This document shows, one piece after another, positions 1 through 9,400 of a DNA stretch of 64,000 bases. Below the pieces are notes generated by a model, which ran no database searches, was not told the origin of the DNA, and saw only the letters and a program-made list of their open reading frames with translations. The position numbers and the translations under genes are program-made. The stretch's first letter is position 1; each line of letters begins with the position of its first letter. The DNA lies in NCBI RefSeq assembly GCF_963676685.1, contig NC_092353.1, positions 29,698,001 through 29,762,000 on the forward strand. The letters are read 5' to 3'. The DNA comes from Mytilus edulis (Eukaryota).

Positions 1-727
1 TATAATAACTTGCTAATGGTTCTAATCTAAATCTGGCTTTTGGGAAATGTACTATTTATTCCTGTAATCTTACTTTTTTTTTAAGATGTGGCATCTTTAC
101 CTCCTGTATGACTTATAATCGAATCTGACTTATCACAAGTTTTTTTTTTGTTTTTTTTTTTTGCTTATTACTGGGAATACATGCGGGTGTCTGAAGAAAG
201 TCTGTAATTTAGACCATCTGAGTACACTTTGATCGGCATTTATCTTTGTATATTATAATGGTTGCCATTCATCGTTTTACTAAATTTTTATTCCCAGTTC
301 AGTATGTTTTTCACTGCCTGTAAACAAAGATATAATAGAAAGACATGTACTTAAATGAAATCACCTTTATTGCAACAATCATATCATCTTAGATAGTGTT
401 TGTATATAATTCACAATATGTTATATAACAGATATATTCATTGCCTGCATTGTATAATTTAAATTTTATCAATTTTCTAATTATACTGCTAAATGATAAA
501 TAATTCAAAACAACTTTGCTGGAATATGTTACTTTGTTTCGGTTTATTACTTTTTATATATATTATAAAGAAAAGGATTTCGAGGTCACTGAATTTGAGG
601 CCTCGAAGTACTAAGTAACTGCATGTTTTTCGAGTCATATTTGTTTCTCACATAAAACACAATTATTGTTTTCTGGTTGATCACCAAGGACGTTCGTGCC
701 TAGTACAATCTATTTAAGGCATATTTC

Positions 728-783
728 AATTGTAAACATTATGAAACAAAACTTAAGGATGAATATACACAGGTTCGTTTGAT
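728..783 (+). repeat. 56-bp perfect direct repeat, left copy
   Basis: aattgtaaacattatgaaacaaaacttaaggatgaatatacacaggttcgtttgat is identical to 6237-6292. Confidence 0.95.
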
Positions 784-856
784 GGATGTAATTTTTATAT
801 GGATTAGATACACATGTTTATTTTTATGCAATATTTTTATTTTGTAATTATTTAAA

Positions 857-2050
857 ATGGCTTCAAAGAAACGAAAATCCGCTAATGTTGTAAATTCAAA
901 TGATTCTAGCAAAAAATCAAAAGAGGAATTAATAGCAGAACTAATTGTGATTGGAGTTAATGCTCCTGCTTCATTTAGCCAAAAACAATTACAAGCTTTG
1001 TTACACTCAAATCGTCAACCTATGCCTGCTGTTAATGTGCAAACAAATGATGACACAGAAGTAGTCAATGATATCATATCAGAGAAAACTATTCGTGAAC
1101 TATCGGCCAATGTTAAATCGTTGACCGAAACAGTTAAAAGTCAAGGAGAAATTCTTAAAACAGTAGTGGATCTTCAAAAGAATGCTACCGGGAATGATGT
1201 ATCGCATACTGGTACTCAAATTCAATCGTCATCTCAATTTATCGAAACACAGGGATATAGTGCTTCCGGGAAAGTGTCTGTTGGTATGTTTCCGCACATA
1301 CAAACAGTGTCACAAATCCAGCGACAAAATATTAAAGAAGGTAAGTACATTAATTTAGTTTCTTTGCTTATTCCTGTAAATGAAAATCAAAGTGATACAC
1401 AGCAAATAGAGGCAGATGGATCTATTTTCCTTCTTAAGCCAAAAGATCATCGCCTGCAGCGTGACCTATCTATCCAAGAATACATAGAGGCATTTAACAT
1501 TTACAAAAACATTGTGTGCGAATTCGAAGATTGTCGGGTAGAACTTGACATGTTTTTGCAAGATGTCATAGAAATGGCAACGAAGTTCAAAGGTAACATT
1601 TTCTATGAATACCATAAGGCCTTCGCTAAGAAAGTTGCGGCAATTAAATTAACAAAAGGTTTGACCGTCGACTGGTCAATCAGAGATGAGAAATTGTATT
1701 CTTCAGTTTGCTTAGGGAGAGCTATCAATACATGTGGCGTATGTGGAAGTTCATTGCATAGCACTGAAATGTGTTATTTATCCGATACATCACAGGGCAA
1801 AAACAACCATTCCCAACAAAAGCGCAATCCTACAACACCGTATTCTAAACCACAATCAGCCGATATTGACCAGTACGGAAGACCAAAGCTATTCCACAAA
1901 GGGAGAGAAATCTGCAACTATTATCTCGCTGGTAATTGCTACAGGGGATCCGCGTGCCGCTATGCTCATGTTGACATGAATATGAAATCGTCAACTCAAA
2001 TCAAACCCTCTACAAGTGTACCAAAAACAACCAAACAAGCAAATATATGA
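857..2050 (+). CDS. Gag-like ORF1 of the YR retrotransposon
   Basis: 397-aa intact ORF. Coiled-coil-like segment, CGVCGSSLHSTEMC knuckle and C-terminal CCCH finger (CNYYLAGNCYRGSACRYAH). Lies directly upstream of RT. Confidence 0.85.
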   Translation: MASKKRKSANVVNSNDSSKKSKEELIAELIVIGVNAPASFSQKQLQALLHSNRQPMPAVNVQTNDDTEVVNDIISEKTIRELSANVKSLTETVKSQGEILKTVVDLQKNATGNDVSHTGTQIQSSSQFIETQGYSASGKVSVGMFPHIQTVSQIQRQNIKEGKYINLVSLLIPVNENQSDTQQIEADGSIFLLKPKDHRLQRDLSIQEYIEAFNIYKNIVCEFEDCRVELDMFLQDVIEMATKFKGNIFYEYHKAFAKKVAAIKLTKGLTVDWSIRDEKLYSSVCLGRAINTCGVCGSSLHSTEMCYLSDTSQGKNNHSQQKRNPTTPYSKPQSADIDQYGRPKLFHKGREICNYYLAGNCYRGSACRYAHVDMNMKSSTQIKPSTSVPKTTKQANI

Positions 2051-3682
2051 CTAGATAATGATAATGTGTTAATGCATGCCACGACACCAATTAATGTAGA
2101 TAAGTTAGCATGGGAGCTACAGAGACATCCTGATAGATATTTCGTAAATTCATTAATTAACGGGTTACGTAAAGGATTTTTTACGGGCGTTTCATCTCTA
2201 CCGGAAAAGGTTTTAGAATGTAAAAACCTGCTTTCTACTACAAAATGTCCAGATGACGTGTCCGGATTAGTCAAATCAGAGTTAGACAATAATTTTGTTA
2301 TAGGCCCATTTACGAAAGCCCCTTTTGATATATACAGGGTTAGTCCTGTTGGCATTGTTGAAGGTAAATATTCTAAAAAGAAAAGACTTATACTTGATTT
2401 ATCTGCACCTCACAATAGTGATGAGCATAGTAGTGTCAACGACCTCATCAACAAAGAAGATTTTTCGTTTTCGTATATTAAAATCGATGATGCCATTAAA
2501 ATCATCAAAGAATACGGTTTTGCCTCAAGATGTTGTAAATTGGACGTATCTAATGCATTTAAATTAATCCCTATTCATCCGAGTTTATGGCATTTATATG
2601 GATTTAAATAGGAAAATATGTATTACTTTTACACTAGATTAGCATTTGGGTGTCGTTCCAGTCCTAAAATTTTTGACAATTTATCTATCGCTATGTGTTG
2701 GATTTTACACAATAATTATGGAATTAATACAGTTCTACATCTACTAGATGATTTCTTAACAATCGACAGACCGTCAGCAAATGCCGACGCTACTATGAAA
2801 ACTTTAGTTTCCGTGTTTGCTTCACTTGAAATTCCGATCGCAAAACATAAAACTTTAGGACCGGTAACATGCATCGAATACTTAGGTATAATATTGGACA
2901 CTATTCGTATGGAAGCTAGATTACCCGAAAAGAAATTATGTCGAATTAAGGAATACCTATTGTTTTTCCTCAATCGCAAAACATGTACAAAACGTGAGAT
3001 GTTAAGTTTATTGGGGCATTTAAATTTTGCTATGAGAGTCATTATTCCTGGGAGATCGTTTATATCTTATCTACTTAACATAGCTCACTCTGTTAAAGAA
3101 CTTCATCACCATGTCACTTTAAATTCTAGTTGTAGAAATGATTTATCATTGTGGCATAAGTTCTTAGATCAGTGGAATGGAATTTCTTTCTTTATTGATG
3201 ATAATATAGTAAATGCGTCTGATTTTGATTTATATACTGATGCTGCGTCAACCGTGGGATTTGGAGGTTATTTCAAAAATCGATGGTTTCAAGCGTTATG
3301 GCCCAAAGAAATGAAATTAGATAAGGAATTATCAATGTCTATGGCTTACATGGAATTATATCCTATAGTAATTGCTGCTATTATATGGGGTGATGAGTGG
3401 TCAGGGAAGCGTATTCTATTTTACTGTGATAATATGGCAACAGTTTTAATTATAAAGAAAGGGAGATCAAAATCATTAGAAATTATGAGATTAATGAGAC
3501 GTCTAACTTGGTGTTCCGCAAAATATAATTTTATTATTCACGCTACTCATGTAGCCGGAAAATGTAATACTATAGATGATGCTCTCTCTCCATTTCAGAT
3601 GGATCGTTTTCGTCAACTGTGTCCGACAGCATCAGAGGAACCTTGTCACTGCCCGCCCCACTCAGAAATTCTGTGGAATTAA
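2051..3682 (+). pseudogene. Reverse transcriptase-RNase H of the YR retrotransposon, one premature stop
   Basis: ORFs 2066-2611 and 2618-3682 share a frame and are split by TAG at 2609-2611 (GFK*ENMYY; Trp expected). RT motifs: KKRLILDLS, KLDVSNAFK, LAFGCRSSPKIF, HLLDDFL, YLGIILD. RNaseH motifs: LYTDAAS, MELYPI, FYCDN, HVAGKCN..DALS. Confidence 0.9.
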
Positions 3683-4655
3683 GTTGTGTGATTAATAATT
3701 TGTGGAGTAAAAGTATTAATAGTGCTACAAGAGATGTGTACACATCTGGATATAAGTGTTTTCTCAAATTTCGTACCTCTCAATTCGAGGGAGAAAATAT
3801 TGGAAATGTAATGTCTAATATTTCCGAGGATATATTAATTTGTTTTGTATCATATTGTCAGTCAGTGTTAGATTTGAAATATTCTACTATCAAGTTATAT
3901 CTAGCTGGAATATGTCATTTTTCTATTGCAAATTGTAGTGTCAATCCTTTAGTAGATAATGTAGGTAAACCTTTGCTACGTTTACAAAATATTCTAAATG
4001 GTATAAAGAAAACTGAAAACAAAAGTGTGCGACAAAAACTACCGATTACTTATAGTGTGCTGCAACAGATTTACCAACATTTACAGAAAAGTATTTTCGA
4101 TCCGCATTTAGATTTTACTATGTTAACTGCATCTGTTATAGGTTTTTTCGGTTTCCTGCGTTGTTCTGAATTTACATGCAAACAGTCATTTGATTCAGCT
4201 TTGAATTTAACTATGGATGATGCAGTATTTTTATCTGATTGTCAAGTTAATCTATGTTTGAAGGCATCCAAAACCGACATTTTCCGTCATGGAGTAATCT
4301 ATTTAAAACTAATAACAATATTTGTCCATATGTACAGTTGTCAAAATATGTAACATCCAGAAAAATGAACGGTGCAACAGATAATGATCCGCTATTGGTT
4401 GACAGTAGTAATTTAGCTTTACGCCGATCGTTATTTATAGACAAATTGAAAACAATTCTATCACACTTGGGTTTAAATGCCGATAAATATAGTGGACATT
4501 CTTTCCGAATAGGAGCAGCTACAACTTGTAGTTCTAATGGTATCCAAGATCATATGATTCAAACTTTAGGACGTTGGAAATCTGACTGCTACAGTCGTTA
4601 TATAAGAACATCTGAAGTTGACATTCGTCAAGCTCTTTCGAAAATGTGTAAATAA
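3599..4655 (+). pseudogene. Tyrosine recombinase of the retrotransposon, one frameshift near 4297
   Basis: ORFs 3619-4353 and 4254-4655 together supply the catalytic R (GFLRCSEF), K (SKTD), HxxR (GHSFRIGAAT), W (GRWKS) and Y (SRYIR). The frame switches at HGVI/LFKTNNNICP. Confidence 0.9.
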
Positions 4656-5734
4656 TTACGATTCAAACTTTGTTAGAAGGGAAATTAGTGATTCGTTATT
4701 ATAATTTTTATTTTTTGTTTTGTATTTAAGAAGACTATCGATTTCTGCTTATTTTTGTAAAGTTTGCTCTAATTAGTCGAAAACATATAAATAAGTACCA
4801 ATATTCAATTTGGCACAACCACTGTCTCGGAATAATTTTGGGGATACTCAATGCGTTACAAGGGCAGCATGTGTAGCATTTCGTTTGCATGGGCAATGTA
4901 ATAATGAATTTCATCCATTCTTTACTTGTCACAAAATTATTATCTGAGTTCTCAGGCAGCCCTGAATAAAATGGATAACTAGGCAGCCCTCTCGTCGGGT
5001 GAACGAATCATTTGTTTGTCCATTTGACAGTTCTTTTGGATACATGTTTTAGTTTGCAAATGGTTTTTTCACTCGAGGTTATCCGTCTCAGGTTGCAAAG
5101 TGAGCCCATACCCTCTAAGCATGGGCTGGGCCAGCGCTCAACATGCAGGTATTAAAATTAATTAAATAAACTAAAAGAGTGGGTATACTTGAGTTACATA
5201 TGTTTGACATGGGATGGGCCAGCGCTCAACATGTCACTCGTAGAGAGGTATTTTGAAGTAACATATAATTGTTCTTTGAATTATGCTTCGGGCTCTTGTA
5301 AATACTCTCTTTTAAAAGGCTCGCTTTGCTATTAGGTTCACATTGTTTGAGGTTTCATTCAATACTCTACGAGTTATTTTTCTGTTTGATGTATACTAAA
5401 GTGGCTCGTGACTTTCTCCTTAAAGTATATGGTGAAAGTTATTTGAAGTCACGGTACCACATCTACACTCTGTCGTCAAGTGCAAGTGCCGCGATAGATG
5501 CTCGAATAATGTGAATTTAATTGAGATATGTATTTTATTTTTTATTTTTTAAATACATATCAATTGCTAGCATGTTGCCCGTAACGTCAATTTTATATTT
5601 TGTATTTTTTATTATATTATGTTTTTATTACTTTTGTATAAATATTATGTCCTGAATACAAGCCTGTGTAATTATATATAATAAATATTAGTCATTCTTA
5701 ATTGATTTGATTACTTTAACTTAGGTGGCAATTT

Positions 5735-6100
5735 GAGTTGGTTGACCGTTATGGAATAACCGTTTCACAAATGATATCGGATATGTTCCTTACGTCGTAA
5801 CTACAATCCCCTTCCCTTTCATGAATATGACCTACCGAATTAGACAATTTACCGGATTTGTAATCACATAAGCAACACGACGGGTGCCACATGTGGAGCA
5901 GGATCTGCTTACCCTTCCGGAGCACCTGAGATCACCCCTAGTTTTTGGTGGGGTTCGTGTTGTTTATTCTTTGGTTTTCTGTGTTGTGTCGTGTGTACTA
6001 TTGTTTTTCTGTTTGTCTTTTTCATTTTTGGCCATGGCGTTGTCAGTTTGTTTTGGATTTGTGAGTTTGACTGTCCCTTTGGTATCTTTCGTCCCTCTTT
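5735..6100 (+). mobile_element. 3' fragment of a dispersed Penelope-like retroelement family
   Basis: Closely similar to 7318-7690 and 22355-22720. Encodes the RT C-terminal peptide ELVDRYGITVSQMISDMF followed by a shared 3' tail. Confidence 0.7.
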
Positions 6101-6236
6101 TGCTATACTTCATCAGTCGTTCTAATTCTGCATCTATGACAGATCTAATCTGTACCGTTACACACATTTAAATCTTAAACAGCTGGAGAAAGTTCATCGC
6201 TCGTTCAAATCTTTATCAATAGAAACACGGCTCATA

Positions 6237-6292
6237 AATTGTAAACATTATGAAACAAAACTTAAGGATGAATATACACAGGTTCGTTTGAT
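6237..6292 (+). repeat. 56-bp perfect direct repeat, right copy
   Basis: Identical to 728-783. Confidence 0.95.
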
Positions 6293-6337
6293 AGGCGTCT
6301 GACATTTATCAAATGGAATTACATATAAACAATTTGG

Positions 6338-6344
6338 TATAAAA
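6338..6344 (+). promoter_or_regulatory. Probable TATA box of the F-type lectin gene
   Basis: TATAAAA about 105 bp upstream of the ATG at 6443, with an Inr-like TCAGTT at 6373-6378. Confidence 0.45.
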
Positions 6345-6442
6345 ACCCTTATGATTCATGCCTTTACAGCATTCAGTTTTTTATAGTGTTAAAGAAACGA
6401 CGGATTAAGCTTTATTTCAGAGCTGTATATCGGTATACTAAC

Positions 6443-9400
6443 ATGATGATCGTTAGAGAGCGTTTTACAATTTTACTGTTTTGCCTTACATGTACAGTTC
6501 ATATGTTTGCTGCAAAGTCTTGCAAAGGGAGAACATGTGATGTACGGATGCCGTTACTAGACAATATGAAGGCTCCACTTGTAGCAGAACTTGACGTCTC
6601 TGAAGTTAATAGAGAACTGAAGCAATACATCGAAATCAGTATTAATTCAACGTACAATGAGAATATTGAAGAAATGATTGTTAAAAACTTAGGAGTGCTC
6701 AAGTCTATGATGTTAAAGGAATATTCAAACGAAAAAAAGAGCACAAAACATATGTTTGATATTCAAATTGTTAATATGTTGGATAGTTTGAAAGCAAGAC
6801 AGGATTATCTACAAACAGAATTAAAGGAATATTCCTTTAATTTATCTATTTCTGCTGAACACTTTGAGCAAACATTGATAGATTTGGTACGTGATGTCGA
6901 GGGGAAACTTGATGCAGTGTTTCTTAATATGACCAGACATTACAAACAAAAAATCAATAAACTTTCCGATCGTTTGAAGAAGGAATTCGTCGATTTTCAA
7001 GAAAGTACAGATGACTGGAAAAATAACATCACCCAAACATTATTAGGTAAGCCGATGTTACTAACTTAAGAATGTTCACTATTCTAGTTTTTGACTTTTT
7101 GTCAAATATTCAGAATCCTCTAGTTTTATCCATGTTAGTGCCCCCAAAAACTTCCCCGCTAACCCTTATTTTTCTTTTCATAATTTTACTACATATTGTT
7201 TAAAATGTCTGTTTTGGAACTTCTTAGGAAGAAAGATAAGAAGTTATCAATATCCTTTAACTTTACTTTCCGCTATATAGATGATGTTCTCTCCGTAAAT
7301 TTTACGGACGCCATCATGAGTTGGTTGACCGTTATGGAATAACCGTTTCACAGATGATATTGGATATGTTCCTTACGTCGTAACTACAATCCCCTCCCAT
7401 ATTCATGAATGTGACCTACCGAATTAGACTGTTTACTGGGTTTGTAATAACATGAGCCACACGACGGGTGCCACATGTGAAGCAAGATCTACTTTTTCTT
7501 CCGGAGCACCTTAGATCACCCCCAGTTTTGGTGGGGTTCGTGTTGCTTAGTCTTTAGTTTTCTATGATGCATCATGTAAACTATTATTTGTCTGTTTGTC
7601 TTTTTTCATTTTTAGCCATGGCTTTGTCAGTTTATTTTCGATCTATGACTGAGTTTGACTGTCCCGCTGGTATCTTTCCCCTCTTCTTTATAAATATTGG
7701 TCAGGTAATTTTTTTAACGATACAAAATTGTCATATTGTTTATAGACTATAAACGGGAAATACATTTTTTATAGTGATAAATAGAAAATTACACCACAAA
7801 TTGACTACTGGGCTGGTGATACCCTCGGGGACGGAAACGTCCACCAGCTATGGCATCGACCCAGTGGTGTGAATAGTTATCAAAAATATTCTGTTGGAAT
7901 TTTTTCTATGTAAAATACAGCCTTAAAATATGATAAACACATAGTTTTCATTATCAATATGAAAAGTCTTTCACGTGAATAACAAACATCTATCGAAATT
8001 TGCACATTTTATTTAATATCTAGACCGCTTGCTATCTGCTTTTTCAAAATAGAAGAAGGAGGAAGATACCCCAGCTACCTTAACTTAGTTTTTTTTATCA
8101 TGTCAATTGCTACTGATTTTTCTCCTTGTTGCAGGCATATACTGTGGATTCATTTATTTTCGTGGGTATCAATTTTTGTGGTTAAAGGAAAACTTTCATA
8201 ATCTTAGATATTTGATTTCGTAGTTTTGCCAATCTCTGCATACAAAGCCTGTGCGAAATGTATAATTCGTCGACGTTTGAATTCGTGGTGCACCTGTATC
8301 CACGAAAAAAAAATTTCAACAAAGTATTAAAGAAGTCACAATAACTGCTAACATCCACTTCATTTGACCTCTGTTGGATAGTTGTCAAGTTGGTTATCAT
8401 ACCACATCTCTTTTTATATGTGTTTATATAACATACCAGAAAATAGTAGCTAGGGAAAAGGCAATCGGCAAAAACTGCAAAAACATACAAATCTATAAAA
8501 CCAATGCTAGACTTTTATTAATCTAATTGTAATATCGGTTTCGTTATTGCAATTATTCGTTCCCTTTGTATCCAAACTTTATGTAAAGTCATATCAAAGA
8601 TTATTGTTGATGTCCTACTTCAATAAACATACAATTTTTTGTTGAGAAACAGTGCTAGTTTACATTCAAACTTGATACATCTTGGGTATCACGATTGTAC
8701 ATTCAACATCATGTCAGAAACTATTTTTGAGAGAGATTTTTAAATCTACGAAATTCTTCTGTCCACTTTAAAATTGGATTTATAAACAACAATGTAAAAA
8801 CATCAAGCTATATGATCATGATACTTAAATCATATTAAAAGCTTTCTGAAGTGTTGTCTAAGTGTGTCATTTTCGAATTATAGTGTATTTCTTAACTTAA
8901 TGTTTTTTTAGACAAGTACATCATTGAAGTTTCCTTAGATGACAAACATGTACAGCAAAGTTCAGAATATTACACCAAGACGTTTCCTGCAAGTAATGCC
9001 ATTGATGGTGATCTCTCCACATTCTCACATACGTCGTCACAAACCAATCCATTTTGGATTCTTGACCTGGGAACCGTGTTTACAGTGAAAAGAATACAAG
9101 TCTTTGCTCGTACAGACTGTTGTGGTAAGTTAAAAAAAAAACTGGTGACAACTATTCTTTTTCATTGTGAAAATGTGAACGATATCATGATTGTTTTTTA
9201 AACCTTTTACAGAAATATGGTTATCCACTGTTGTGCGCTGTGTATAAAAAGTAAAATGTATATATAACATTAAACCTCGACAGCTGCATATAGTTCCTTA
9301 AACATTCTTCTTCATTTTGTAATTACCTAAATTATTTTCTATTTTTGTGATGAATTGACGTCCATTATTGATGAGAACGCAAGTCGCAAGTTTCAGAAAC

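Larger units (their letters stand above)
784..5730 (+). mobile_element. Ngaro/DIRS-like tyrosine-recombinase retrotransposon (decayed, 5' terminus apparently missing)
   Basis: ORF order is gag(CCCH) - RT - RNaseH - tyrosine recombinase, with no protease or DDE integrase. A long structured 3' non-coding region follows. Ends are approximate. Confidence 0.9.

Noticed and set aside
2609-2611. In-frame TAG inside RT as a second readthrough site
   Set aside because: The context (TAG GAA) is not leaky and the position is where Trp (TGG) is expected. It is a simple nonsense mutation in a copy that also has a YR frameshift.
2735-2757. RT active site LLDD instead of YxDD
   Set aside because: As far as I recall this variant is usual in Ngaro-like elements, so it is not treated as novel.
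3580-3682. -1 ribosomal frameshift from RNaseH into YR
   Set aside because: No X XXY YYZ slippery heptamer is visible in the overlap; splicing explains the frame better.
5884-6171. Short hydrophobic ORFs (also 22487-22876, 7564-7752, 43515-43790, 62123-62431)
   Set aside because: Chance ORFs within multi-copy repeat tails or MITEs.
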